Part shown: in pieces, positions 25,727 through 40,714 of the stretch | How positions within the stretch are numbered: position 1 is the stretch's first letter | Layout: every line of letters starts with the position of its first letter | Assembly (NCBI RefSeq): GCF_006345805.1 | Contig: NC_043005.1 | Coordinates: 66,464,001 to 66,528,000, forward strand | Origin: Octopus sinensis | Taxonomy: Eukaryota | Length of the DNA: 64,000 nucleotides | Direction: 5' to 3' | Notes under the pieces: generated by a model | What the model was told of the DNA's origin: nothing | Seen by the model: only the letters and a program-made list of their open reading frames with translations | Databases searched by the model: none | Position numbers and translations under genes: made by a program

Positions 25727-26804
25727 TCTGATCTCTCGCAACTAGTGACTTCTTGACAAGCGGTCTTACCGTCAATGAGAAGAATTAAGGCATTTGCAAA
25801 TCACCAACTCATTTACAGTATTCTAATACAGATGAGAGAACAAATATATATAATAATTGCAGAAAAAAAAGCAAGAAAATTCGGAGGGTGAAAGCTCACA
25901 GTAATTTAGTGAGGAAGGATATAAATCAATGAAAACCAAACAATAATGTCCGTTGAAATTTAGAGGATTTTCGTGATGATTCAAATTTATATATAAATGA
26001 CAACAAAATGAAAATGTCTGTGAACTTTAATGATGTGCTATCATTAATAAGCACTTTGTTAACTGATGTTTAAGGGGAATGTAATTGTCATCCAAGGTAT
26101 TATACAAGAAGAAAAGGAATAACCATATGAAAACATGTGAAACTAACTCCCGTTAATATTGATATAATGTCGACAAGGGTAGCAAGATAAGGGAGATAAC
26201 ACTGTAAATATTGTAAAGAGTTAAAGAAACTGAACAGGAAAAACCCATTATAGTGGTTGATGCTGTTCATTTAATTCTATTCTCAAAACCATTGATAGAG
26301 TGGCACGAACGTCATCAGTTCACATGTTCTACTGACATATGTTTATTAGTAGAATTCTGTATATTTGAACCATCTAAAGTGATTTTTATCAGTTTATAGA
26401 ACTGATCAGTCATCCAGGAAAAAGATTAAAATTTATGTAATTTTAGTATTGAACTAATTCACTGCTACGGAGAAATTAATTTAAAGACACTGTTTGGATT
26501 CTTAGCTGAAGCAACTTCATCTTACCAACATTCATGAATAGCAATTTTATCCAAGAAGAAGCCCTCTTCGCGTTTTATCAAACTGCTAGAAATAGGAGCT
26601 ATATCTCTGATATATCACACTGTACTATACGAAATGATGAAAGAACACTTCAGATTATGTAGTCATACCAACCCCGAAAATGTTGAGATGATCGTAAATG
26701 AAATGATTTTGATTACGCCAGCTTAATCAAGATTGACTTGGATCTCACAATATCAAATTATACTCCTATATATCATAAGGAGGGAGATAATAACGCAAAA
26801 GGAG

Positions 26805-26835
<31 letters not shown>

Positions 26836-26918
26836 CCCTACAGTAAATATATTTTCTACCTGTAATACATGTAGCCTAGTTATTACGGCTTCATTTATGT
26901 TACGCTTATCACTGATTG

Positions 26919-26994
<76 letters not shown>

Positions 26995-27950
26995 GAATGC
27001 GTCTGTGTCTTTGCGTTTGAGATTTCCATTATCGTTCCTGCTTGACAACCGGTTTTGCTTTGTTTTCGTCCCCGTAACTTAGTGGTTCGGCAAAAAGAGG
27101 CAAATAGGTTAAGTACTATGCTAATAAATAAATAACTATTGGGACTGATTCATTCGACTAAAAGTTCCTTAAGACGGTGCTCCAGCATAGCCGGAGCCTA
27201 ACGACTGAATCAGAAAGAAGATAAAGCATAAAAGACAAAAAGAAAAATAAGAAATAAGTAGAAATTTTACCAGTGAGTAGAATTATAATTATAAGGCACA
27301 AAAAGAAAATGACTCTCTCCAGACACAACAGAATATGCTTCAACACACGAACTCATATAAAGAATCTTGCAAACCAAATCCAAAAAAAAAAAAAACGAAA
27401 TGCCAAATGGAACATTTATTATTTAAAAAATAGAGGCAAATCTGTTGGATTCTAAACTCAGAAAAATGAAGAACCCAAGAGGATGGTGTAGTCAAATGAA
27501 TGTATTCAACATATGCCTGTCACTTAATATTGTCAAGACAGTACAAGGAAGAAACTGTTCCGGAAGAATTTGAATTCCACTCCGCACAAATTTGAGGGTA
27601 CTAGATAATAGTTGAACTGAAAACTATGGAGAATTTCTCCAGTATGGGAATAATGTATTTAAGCTAATTCTGTTGCTGCCATTTATTATTTAGGGAAAAT
27701 ATCAGCGTCCGCTTCTACATTATTCTTTCTATAACAATGGGTAATTCATGTACTGGATTATTATAATTCATGTATTTATTGATACTGGAATTCATATCCC
27801 ATCACTCGAAAATATAGTAACGTATTGTGATATATACGGGAGGTAACTCTTCAAGAGATTTTTCTCCCTTCAATCTATATTTGACTTATGATTTTGTTTC
27901 TTGAGAAAGTACTAAATAAAATATACTTACATAATAGACAGTATGTTAAT

Positions 27951-28581
27951 TACGGTAATATCAGATTTTACGAGGACTGGCTTTACAAGACCCGTCTTTA
28001 CGAGTTTTAGTTTATGATAAATTTTTCAAGCACAAGATACAAATTTTTGAACGAAGTGCAAAATTTTCAAGTACCATAACAAATGCTTCTGCGTGTTACC
28101 AAGAAATTTACAGAGAGCGAAAAATAGCTTCTTCTTAGCAAACGATTCTAGATTTGTTTTTCAGAAAGAAATCTACAAGTCCGTCTGCGAGTGCTTGTGA
28201 ATCGGCAATCACATCTACAAGTGATGATGTGCGCGAGTCTTGTGCGAGTGAAAGTTATTCAGAAAACGATAATAATAATAATAATAATAATGATGATGAT
28301 GATGATGATGATGATAATGATGGTGATGATGATAATAATTTTTATTATAAATGATCCTAACATTCTTTTTACTTCACATAAAATATTCCTTATATTCTAC
28401 TGTTGTTTTATTGACATTTATTTACAAGTATTATATATCTTATAGGTGAAGTATTTTATCTTGGAACGAATTACGATTTATAACATTGCTACTATGGGAA
28501 ATTATTGCTCTGCTTTACGAGCTTTCATTGTACGAACGACCTCCGGGAACGAATTAACTCGTATATCGGGGAATTATTGTA
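27951..28581. mobile_element. pogo/Tigger-like non-autonomous DNA transposon
   Basis: Degenerate TIRs TACGGTAATATCAGATTTACGAG and CTCGTATATCGGGGAATTATTGTA with flanking TA. Confidence 0.5.
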
Positions 28582-29004
28582 TATTGATTTTTGACTGTTA
28601 GTGACTTTCCTGTTATATTCTACTGCCTGCCGTTATCTTCGTTTGTATGATTCTGGTATCGATGTACTAAAAATCAATCAGGTAAATTGACTACAAAAAT
28701 CAAACGATAAACGTCGCCCTTTTCAAGCCTAACCAGGCTCATGGGCCCGGTTTCCCGGTTTCTCTGGCGTATGTGTCCCCCCCCCCCAGCTGGACGGTAG
28801 ATTGACTTTGAAATGGTTATACTGCCCTTGTCTGGCGTTTATTTCAAACTTTAGGAAAACGATTTTTCAATTCAACCTTGATAGAAATAACTACTCTAAC
28901 AATAGTTAGATTTGTTCCATTGCACTCGCCTACATTCATTATAAATCACTATTTTAATTTGGGAAACTCAGAAAACAAATCACTTGCTCTTTACTCTGCC
29001 CTGT

Positions 29005-29240
29005 AAGTCGGCGAGATGGCAGAGTCGTTAGTACACCGGGCAAAATGTTTCGTGGTATTTCGTCTGCCGTTAAGTTCTGAGTTCAAATTCCGCCGAGGTC
29101 GACTTTGCCTTTCATCATTTCGAGGTCGATAAATTAAATACCAGTTACGCACTGGGGACGATATAATCGACTTAATCCGTTTGTCTGTCCTTGTTTGTCC
29201 CCTCTATGTTTAGCCCCTTGTGGGTAATAAAGAAATAGGT
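29005..29240 (+). mobile_element. SINE, Meta-like core family, long tail
   Basis: Matches 38704-38940. Confidence 0.85.
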
Positions 29241-29524
29241 ATTTTGTCTGTCTATACGTTCTGAGATAAAATTCTGCCCAGGTCGACTTTGCCTTTCATC
29301 CATTCAGGGGTCAATAAAATAAACACCAGGCAAGCACTGGGGGTCAATGTAATCGGCTTTCCTCTTGCCTCGAAAATGTTGGCTTTGAGCCCAAATCATT
29401 ATTCTTCACCTTAGAACTAGTATTGTGTTGTTAAAATTGCTTGTTCTCTTTGTTTGATTAAAATACTCATCTTAACATGCTATATTTCCTCAAATCGTGC
29501 CTCAGTCACAGACAAATCTTATAT

Positions 29525-29778
29525 ACTCTTTTATTCTTTTAATTGTTTCAATCACCTGACTGCGGCTATGCTGGAGCACCGCCTTTAGTGGAGCAAATCG
29601 ACCCCAGGAATTATTCTTTGTAAGCCTAGTAATTATTCTGTCGGTCTCTTTTGCTAAGTTACGGGGAGGTAAACACACCAGCATCGGTTGTCAAGCGACG
29701 TTGGCGGGGACAAACACAGACACACAAACATACATACATACACGCACACACAAACACACACACACACCACACACACAC

Positions 29779-29813
<35 letters not shown>

Positions 29814-29844
29814 ACACACACACACAACACACACACACACACAC

Positions 29845-29927
<83 letters not shown>

Positions 29928-30028
29928 ATACATATATACGACGGTCTTCTTTTCAGTTTCCCTCTACCAAATTCACTCACAAGGCTTTGGTCGGCCCGAG
30001 GCTATAGTAGAAGACACTTGCCCAAGGT
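29525..30028 (-). mobile_element. SINE with expanded internal (CA)n tract, 5'-truncated
   Basis: Same family as 11870-12273. Confidence 0.85.
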
Positions 30029-30409
30029 ATCCTCTCTATTTTCTTTCTTGATGTGTTTTGCACCCTGACCAAATATCTTTCAGATTCAGCTACACATAAT
30101 ATAATGTATTCATTTCTTTCGAGTACCTTCCTCCTCACATTTCTTTTCTATATTAATCTCGTATTTTTCTTGATGATTTCCTTCTGTTGTCATTTATTAA
30201 CGCTTCTTAGTCTAATTATATTCACTCCCTACTGCCTTGCTGGTGCAGCTAAGCATTTTGCCCTTCGAGATAACTATTCCACACATTCGCCGCATTCAAT
30301 ATGCTAAATGTCGTCCACAAAAAAATCTAGTGTTAAAAGGGAGACTACTCTATCAAATGTTATGCAGAGTTGAGAAACTTGGAAAAGTTTGATGCGGAAG
30401 TCGCCTTAA

Positions 30410-30631
30410 CCCTTTCGCATTCAAACTGGCCATATCTGGCCAAAATGTATAACCTGTTTTATATTGAAACTGACCATATCTCACCTCTCACCTCAGCCCT
30501 ACCATGTTGTTCTAAAACTAAAAGAATGACATCACTGAAATCTCTAAACTACAAGATAATGCATGATTAATTCAAACCGTTTTAAACAACCAAACATTCA
30601 CGTTTGACAGAGTAATCCGAACACTAAAGGG
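30410..30631. mobile_element. piggyBac-like MITE
   Basis: TTAA|CCCTTTCGCATTC ... CACTAAAGGG|TTAA: TTAA target duplication and CCCTTT/AAAGGG termini. Confidence 0.75.
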
Positions 30632-31564
30632 TTAAACTATGACTTGGTCCACCCTGATGTTATTTTTATTTCACCAATGATACAAATATAGAATGTCTTA
30701 AAAGTTATCACTTCGCATGTCTTTTTTTTTTTCATATATAGTAATCAATATGTTGGAACAAATTAAATTCATTGTTAGCGTTATTAAAAATACAATTTTG
30801 TATCAAAAAAAATTTCTTGACTAGTTGACGAAGAAAATGATAAATACTGACAGATTGATTTAGAGATAAGATTTCGAATAAAGGTTCGAAGTATCTACAT
30901 AGCCATTCGATTTAATAGAATTAACAGCTATTTCACCTGTATATCATAACGTATTCTAAAAATAAGGGGGTGGAAACATTACCAAATAAGGTCTAGCTAA
31001 ATGTATGAGCTAGTCACGTTTGACTATATATGTGTGTGCGTGTGCGTGTGTGTGTGTATATATTTATATATATATGTACATATGTATGTACATATATATA
31101 TGTGTGTGTGTGTATGTATGTATATATATATATATATATATAAGTGTATATATATATATATATTATATATATATTATATATATATAATATATATATATAT
31201 TTCTTCTCGAGCAGGCTCATAAGGGCTGATTACCCGGTTTCAGTGGCATAGAACGCATGTCCGTCACAGGATTACTCATTTTTGCCAGCTGAGTGGACTG
31301 GAGCAACAGGAAACGAAGTGTTTTGCTCAAGAACACAACGCATCGCCTGGTCCAGGAATCGAAACCACAACCTTACGATCATGAGACCCACACCCCAACC
31401 TCTAAGCTACGCGCCTTCAATTACATATGTATATATATATATAATATATATATATATATAACAGAAATTTACAAAAAACAAAACAAAACAAAAGACGAAC
31501 ACGGGTGTATAAACAACAAACAGATGTATTAGTTTAATGCTCGAGAAGTGACAAAGCATTATAT

Positions 31565-31676
<112 letters not shown>

Positions 31677-32196
31677 TCGTTTAATCTTTTATTCTTTTAA
31701 TTGTTTTAGTCATTTGACTGCGGCCATGCTGGAGCACCACCTCAAAGGGTTTTGGTCGAAGAAATCGTCCCCCGAACATATTCTCTTGTAAGCCTAGTAC
31801 TTATTTTATCGGGTTATTTTTACCGAACCGTTTAGTTACTGGGACATAAACACACCAGCATCGGTTGTCAAACGATGGCATGAGAGACAAACTCGGACAC
31901 ACGCATATAAATACACACACACACACACTTTCGTGGGCAAGTGAAGAAAATCATTGGTCAGAAAAAAATAGGCGCTCTTATATTTGTGCATAGAGAAGGT
32001 GTGATAATCAAAGTATGCAGTATGATAGATCCATTACAGCCGATCTTATCACTTCATCCATACTAGCCGTCTCTGATAAGTACAGTTATTAGATACCGGT
32101 GGAAACCAATTAGTAACATTGACTGCATTGTTTCTATAACACTGTAAACTTTTCTCTCTCTCCCTCCCTCTCTCTCTCCCTCTTTATATATATATT

Positions 32197-32247
<51 letters not shown>

Positions 32248-32282
32248 CAAAGTTGAGTTGTGGGGTATCGCACGAGTGGAAT

Positions 32283-32486
32283 TATATACGAAAGAAGGTT
32301 TGAAAATGCAATTTAAAAGATGTTTATTTACTTAACCGGTTTCACTCTTTGGAAAAAGATTGTCAAAAGTAACATAGAATATTATGAATTCAAAAAAGTT
32401 TTTTACATAATTGCCACATTACATGTATATATACATGTAATGTGGCAATAAACATCTTTTAAATTGCATTTTCAAACCTTCTTTCG

Positions 32487-32492
<6 letters not shown>
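32283..32492. repeat. Nested inverted repeats in a PLE relic
   Basis: 46-bp perfect arms at 32283-32328 and 32447-32492; 40-bp perfect palindrome at 32410-32449; decayed hammerhead at 32328-32373 (minus). Confidence 0.85.
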
Positions 32493-32517
<25 letters not shown>

Positions 32518-32628
32518 ATATGTGTGTGTGCGTTTGTATGTATCTACGTATGTGTGAGTGTGATTACGTATATGTGTGTGCATGAAAATATCTACGGAGA
32601 TGTGTATATATATATCGATCTCTCCCTG

Positions 32629-32703
<75 letters not shown>

Positions 32704-34249
32704 TTGTCTGTCTGTTTGTCTCTCTTCCTATCTCTCTCTCTCATTCTCTCCCCTCTCTCTCTCAGTCTCTCCCCTCGCTCTCCTCCTCTCTCTATATATA
32801 TATTTGTGCCTATGTGTGTATATATACATGTATGCGTACCAGCATATACGCATACATACACACATGTGTGTGTATGCAAAAATAGACGAGAGTCTTCACT
32901 TACAAGCCTGTAGGTCTTGGTAGTAAATACTTAGCTTATTCTTTTACACACGAATGTATTTGAGAAGAAACCATATTTAACTAAGCGAGATATCGAGGAT
33001 GTAACAGTTGGATGGAGGGAAGGAACCACCAGCAGTGAGTTGGTACTAATTTTTCGCGAAGTAAACTAGTGTAACGTTAGTGACAGCGCCTTGCACTAAG
33101 CTAAAACGTGCCGTGCTATCCAGGAATCGAAACCAAAACCTAATGATCATGAGGGGAAGCACGAAAGATGTACAACAAAGGCACTGCAAGTATAAAAGAT
33201 TTACATATGAATTTGAAATGCTACAAATTATTAACATTGCAGAGAAAAACACAGAGAAATCGGTTTGTGAGAGAAGTAGAGCAGGTTTGAGAACGGCATG
33301 GAAAAGGTGGTAGACTGCAACGAAAAGACCTTTACGAAGCAACTGGTTGATTGATGAAATAATCAATTAATTAGTTAACTAGTTAACGTAGGAGAGGTTG
33401 TGTAGTAAGTAGCTTGCTTACCAACCACATGGTTCCGGGTTCAGTCCCACTGCGTGGCACCTTGGAGAGAAAGTTGTGGTGAAAAAGTGCAGCAGGGATC
33501 ACCACCATCCCTGCGGAGCCTCGTGGAGCTTTAGGTGTTTTCACTCAATAAACACTCACAACGCCCGGTCTGGGAATCGAAACCGCGATCCTACGACCGC
33601 GAGTCCGCTGCCCTAACCACTGGGCCATTGCGCCTCCACTACGTATTTATATATTGGTCTCAAATGTTGGCACAAAGCAAGGAATTTCGGGGGAGGGGGT
33701 TAGTTGATTACATCGACCTCAGTACTCAACTGGTATCTATTTTACCGACTCCGAAAGGAAGAAAGGCAAAGTCGACCTTGGCGGAATTTGAACGTAGATC
33801 ATAAAGACGGATGAAATGTCGTTAATCATTTTCCCCGTCATTTTCTGCCAGCTCGCCTCCTTAAAATTATTTATATATTCGGTGGTTATCTTTTATTTTG
33901 CTGGCGTCGAAAGATGCAATAATAGCAGCTTCTGACTCTGCACTAGACCATTTCTTAGATGACATGGCAGAATCAATTGATATCAGCACGTACATGGAAT
34001 TTATTTATTTTAGCTATAAGTACGGCAATCCAAAGTTAATTGAGCCAATAACTAAGAGATCTAAATAAGTTACTAGTTGGACTGAAATTTGTGGATAATT
34101 TACTTAATATAGGGACAATATGTTTAGCTTTGTACTCTACTATCGTAACAATTATTGGAATAGCATATAATCTAACAGTACCCGTGAAAATGCGACGGTT
34201 TATCCTGAAAACTGTTGGGTGGTTGGTGATTTATAGGAAACTATGAAAG

Positions 34250-34499
34250 GCATATTCTGTTGTGTCTGGGGAGAGTCATTTTCTTTTTGTGCTTTATAAT
34301 TTAACACTCTCACCAGTAAAATTTCCACTTATTTCTTATTTTTATTTTCCTAAAAATTTTCGTTGCATCTTGCAACCTTTTCAATAAAGACTATTTTAGG
34401 AAAATAAAAATAAGAAATAAGTGGCAATTTTACCGTTGAGTGTGTTAAATTATAAGGCACAAAAAGAAAATGACTCTCCTCAGACACAACAGAATATGC
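34250..34499. repeat. Inverted repeat, ~105-bp arms with a 38-bp spacer
   Basis: Arms at 34250-34355 and 34394-34499; a direct copy of the right arm lies at about 27243-27385. Confidence 0.85.
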
Positions 34500-35567
34500 T
34501 TCAACACACGAACTCACATAAAGAATCTTGCAAACCAAATCTAAAAACGAAACAAGAAAGGCATAATTTAATGTTAAATTGTATTTTGCTTGAAACAGAT
34601 TTTGTAGCTGGAATAAAAGTTCATCAGATAATACATTCTGTCTTTACTACATAGTCACACGTATTTGAGGTGGCAAATAGTTGATACTATTGACCTCATT
34701 ACTTGACTGCGTGACCTCATTTAACGCAGTATATATTATCAAGATAAAAGGCGAAAATGATTTCGGATGTATTTTGAATTCAGAAAGTAATGTCTGAAGA
34801 AGTATTTAGCATATACTTACGTAAACAATCACACTTTTTGGAAATTCAAGAGATTTATAGTTTTGGTCAACGTAAAGTATCTTATCACTGTAATTATAAA
34901 TGCAAGAAAAGTGAAATTTTCTTCGTTTCGATTATGATGAAGTGCCAATGAAAAATATCGTAAGTTCAAGTTATCACGCTTCTTAATGTGAAAAATAAAA
35001 TTATCTGACATCCATATCTTTCTCATGGCCACAACAGGCTTAAATACGAAAACGTTTACAATCGGGAATCGACATACAGTGAAGAAATATTGAATGGGTA
35101 ATTAACTGGAAAGATAACATTATTTGACGCAGAGGCAATTGCTACAGCACAGGGAATGCAGATATACGCTAAACTTATGAAGAAAGAACGATATGAGTTT
35201 GCGGAAAACAAAAAAACAAAACAAAAAAACTTTGCATATCTTCAATGGGGAGCAGAGCAAACTATGGCGTCCAGTCTCTTCACATCCTATTGTGTCACTA
35301 GAATGATTTTACTCGGAATAATAGGAAATTAAACTGTTAAGATAACATTATTGTTTATCTTATAAGGCTTGGGGTAACATTGTTAAGTAGAAGGAATATG
35401 GTACAAAATCAATAGAGGAACGGAGCTCAATCCTGGAAAAAAAGTCAAATTTCAGCCACTTCATATAGCAGTAAAGCTGTGATGAACACAGTTATGTACG
35501 TGTGATTCGATTATCAGTCGTATGTATTTCAAATGATAAGTGAGAAATAATAAGTTACAGATACATA

Positions 35568-35635
<68 letters not shown>

Positions 35636-35664
35636 TACACACACACACACACACACACACCACA

Positions 35665-35718
<54 letters not shown>

Positions 35719-36486
35719 TACACCACACACACACACACACACACACACACATAATTTCGAAACCGGTACCAAGTTGATAAGTATTACTCTTGCTGAGCTA
35801 GCAGAGGTAAGACGTTTCCAATGTTCACTGGAATTTTTTCCTACCATGCCTGTAGTAGATTTGTGACTATTCTGTGGCACAGAATAGTCACAATTTTTTA
35901 GCGATGTAGGTGCTCAAGAAGTGCCTTCGTGTATATATATATACGTAAGTACATATCTTATATTGTATGTATATCTTTTGCTAATTTGCCTGTGCGGCTG
36001 ATAACTCGCTTGCCACTCGTGGTGGTATTTTAATAATAATGTATATATGTATGTATGTATTATGTATGTATGTATGTATTATGTATGTATGTATGTATGT
36101 ATGTATGTATGTATGTATGTATGTATGTACTATCATATATATCAATATACTGGGTTTCGTATATTTCACCCCAGTGTTATTTTGATGGCATGCACTGCTC
36201 TATCACTCAATAATAATAATGGTTTCTTTTATTCTCAAAATTATCCAAACTCCTAAGAATTCTTCTCAACACATGGCTATGATGCACCCCCACTGATTCT
36301 GCTCGTGATCAGAGATGCACTTATCGTCAGCCACGAAGGGACATGCTCAACTGGTTAAGGTCAAGCGACTGACAAGCAAATCTGTGGTATTGAACAGAAT
36401 ATTTGCTGTAGCCCATCTTTTATACCAAAAGAAAACAATGTACATGATTACACTTCCAGTTATTATTAATATTATAATTATTGTTA

Positions 36487-37258
<772 letters not shown>

Positions 37259-37272
37259 TATTATTATTATTA

Positions 37273-37311
<39 letters not shown>

Positions 37312-38703
37312 CATTATTAAGTAGACTAAATAATATTTTCATCGCATGAATTCCTTCGAATAGTACAACTCTTAGCAACACCCTGACATCTGGTTCATTT
37401 CAATTTAATCCGCTCCCTAAATTCTTGACCTGAATCTATTGCTCTTCATCAATCTTAATTTTACTGAGATTTCTATGCAAACAAACAAGACCATCCCATT
37501 TTCTTTCAAAGCAATTCCCTCCAACACCTTTCCCATTATCTCACTTAACAGATACTCCTCTTCGTTTTTCCCCTTTCTGTTTCTCTACCCCTCTATAGAC
37601 ATATCTATCCTCCTAACTTATTACTCGAATTACTGCTCTGACCACATATATATTGAAATTTTTCGATCATTTATTTTTCAATTTTTGAAGTGTTTTAACT
37701 GAGGAAGGTTTACGTAAGTCATACATTTCCTAATATGTGTTACGTACACCTGAAACATACGTATTAAATAATTTCAAAATATCACTGTTCAGTTTGACTT
37801 CATAATTTTAACTAACACGGCTCGATGCCAATATAAACTGGCCGGTCTCGACTCTACTAACTCGGATACTTTAACATCAATTTGGAGTAGTTTGTTGTAT
37901 TTGACTGGAGGCGAAAATTCTGGTACCATGCACCGCTTCTTAGCTTATCTTATATCTCTTTACTTGCATCTATCATTTGACTGCAGCACCGCCTTCTAGG
38001 GTTTTAGTCGAATAAATTGACGCCTGTACTTGTTTTTCTTTAAACCTTTAAACCTAATACTTTTCTATCGGAAGTATGTGGTTGGAATGCAAGCTTCTTA
38101 CCACACAGCCACGCCTACGCCTATATATATATATACACGCACACATATATATAAAACATTGATTAGAGAACAAACATCAAACTCGAGTCAACGACTTTAT
38201 ATAACAACACGCTTCCATACATTTGATCATATATAAAAATATTATCAAACTAGATTCTGTCAGGTAATTTAGTAGAGGTATTTTACCGCGTAGGTGTAAT
38301 CACTTTGACATATACTCAAAGACTGTATTGTCGAGGAGCATGTTCTGGTGTTTGTTATTCAAATTTCAACTCGTGTTATAAACCCGTTAAGCTTACAATA
38401 CGGATATAATTACCAATTAAAATATACTGAAGCGCGAGCACATGTGAAGGAACAAACCAAAAGAACGTTTTGCATACATTTTGATTTTTCTCTGCTTTAG
38501 AATTCAACATCAATTAATGAGCTTACACACCGATGCGGAAGAAAAAAAATAAAATCTACCTACTTTGACGCATCTGTGTTTCATTGTGATAATTGGAAAC
38601 CAGTTTAAATATTTCGAGGAAAAGGATATGCTAGAGATGCGCATACAAATGATAGTGATTAGGTTTGTTTTAAGAAAGTTGTAGGATGCCTGGTATTTAT
38701 GTA

Positions 38704-38940
38704 GGCGGCGAGCTGGCAGAAACGTTAGCACGCTGGGCGAAATGCGTAGCCGTATTTCGTCTGCAGTTACGTTCTGAGTTCAAATTCCGCCGAGGTCGAC
38801 TTCGCCTTTCATCCTTTCGGGGTCGATTAATTAAGTACCAGTTACGCACTGGGGTCGATGTAATCGACTTAATACCTATGTCTGTCCTTGTTTGTCCCTT
38901 CTGTGTTTAGCCCCTTGTGGGTAATAAAGAAATAGGTATT
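38704..38940 (+). mobile_element. SINE, Meta-like core family, near-consensus copy
   Basis: GGCGGCGAGCTGGCAG head, GAGTTCAAATTCC B box, core GGTCGACTTCGCCTTTCATCCTTTCGGGGTCGA, tail ..CCCCTTGTGGGTAATAAAGAAAT. Confidence 0.85.
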
Positions 38941-38984
38941 TATGTAGAGCAATTTCTCGTTAGATTTACTATCAGTTGAGAATG

Positions 38985-39480
38985 CGAAAGCTCGTGGCTT
39001 AGTGGTTAGTGTATTTGGCTCATGATCATAAGGTCGTGAGTTCGATTTGCAGTGGCGCATCCTGTGTTTGGGCAAGGCACTTTATTTCACGCTGTAAGGC
39101 GGTGAGCTGGCAGAATCGTAAGCACGCCGGGCGAAATGCTTTGTGGCATTTCGTCTGCCGCTACGTTCTGAGTTAAAATTCCACCGAGGTCGACTTTGCC
39201 TTTCATCCTTTCAGAGTCGATTAAATGAGTACCATGTTACGCACTGGGGTCGATGCAATCAACTTAATCCCTTCCCCTAAATTTGAGGCCTTGTGCTTCC
39301 AGAAGAAAGAACTTTATTTCACGTTGCTCCAGTTCACTCAGCAAATAAGTTGCACTTGTAATTCATAAAGCCATCCTTGTGATATCCTGTGTTACGCTGA
39401 GAATTGCGTGTCTGTTGAGTGTTCAGCCACCTGAACGTTAATTTCACGAGCTGGCCGTTTCGTTGATCGGATCATGTGTC
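38985..39480 (+). mobile_element. SINE (head B plus Nin-like tail) with nested Meta-like SINE (39092-39310)
   Basis: 13-bp TSD ACTTTATTTCACG at 39079-39091 and 39311-39323. Confidence 0.8.
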
Positions 39481-40062
39481 ACGACGACATCTTGAACACT
39501 TGTCATATTAGTAGGAGGGTCGACGGATGTATTTACAGTTTACATACACATATATCCGGGTATGTACCATGAATTTAAAATATAAAAATTATCGAAATAG
39601 ATAAATCATTATAAGAATATTTCGTTAACTCGAGAGAGAATATAAATATTAAATATTGGGTTTTAAATAGAAAGACTGAAGCTTTCAGATCTACTGTTCT
39701 AACAAAGAATCAAATCATTATAAATTGTGATGTAATGAAGTTATATGAGATAACAGAAAGCTTCTGGTAAGCTAAAAGCTTGAGTGAATTTCTCTCTTTC
39801 TGGGCCTCAGAAAGTAAGCAATCCAGGAAATTGCAAATTATAAAAGTCATCAAATAGTTAAGTAAAAGATCCATTGTCAAGCACGCGCTCCTCCCCACAC
39901 ACATACTCATAGTCTTTCTCTTATCTTTCTTTTACATGTTTCAGTCATTAGACTGCAGCTATGATGGAGCGCCGCCTTGAATATTCATTCTTTAGATTCT
40001 TTAACTTATGGAGTGGATTTCTCTACGATTCGCTACTTGATTGCATGTAGTGTGCAGCTGGT

Positions 40063-40190
40063 CGTCAAATCCCATACGCGGCTAGTCAACTTAGTAGTTT
40101 TACTTTTGTCGATGTGCTGGAAAGAAGATAGGTGGTTAACATAACGTCTTTTGAAACGGCCTTCACTTAAACCGATATAATTTCTCTTTT
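40063..40190 (-). mobile_element. Penelope-like GIY-YIG endonuclease fragment
   Basis: NYIGLSEGRFKRRYVNHLSSFQH..SKTTKLTSRVWDL: YIG motif plus the conserved R..H. Confidence 0.75.
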
Positions 40191-40519
40191 CAGTGAAGTT
40201 ATCTTGAAACGTTGTTCTGACTTCTTCGCCATCAACGACGAAGTCTGTCATAAACACTTAGTCAAGGAGGCAAGCCTGAGGATCTCTCTTTTCTTTCTCT
40301 CTCTCTCTCTCTCTCTCTATCACATACTGGGACTGAAACAAATACCACATGGCTGGGAAGCAAGCTTCTTAGCATTCATATCTGTTAATGGCTATTTTAA
40401 ATACTTGTCTCGCTCTATTGCGTTTCTGTTTTCGATCGTCTTTTTTATTAATGTGCTGCTTATCTTTACACGAAGTGAGAAGATACATTGTAGTACTGTC
40501 ATTTTAACGAGTTATATCT

Positions 40520-40633
40520 ATTTATCATCCGAAGAGACACATCTTCACCGTCGGATGCCTCTGAACCGATTGCTAAGTATTCCACCGATGAGGGATCGAT
40601 GCTAGATGTGTCGAAACAATTGTCGTGATAAAT
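40520..40633 (+). ncRNA. Type I hammerhead ribozyme, CCGAAGA core, 59-nt loop II
   Basis: ATTTATCAT-CCGAAGA-GACACATCT-(59 nt)-AGATGTGTC-GAAA-CAATTG-TC-GTGATAAAT. Stem I is 9 bp (one G-U), stem II is 9 bp perfect, stem III is palindromic, GUC site at 40624. Confidence 0.8.
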
Positions 40634-40674
40634 AAAAATTCTCATATCTTCCATCTTCCGTCTTAGCTTTACAG

Positions 40675-40709
<35 letters not shown>

Positions 40710-40714
<5 letters not shown>

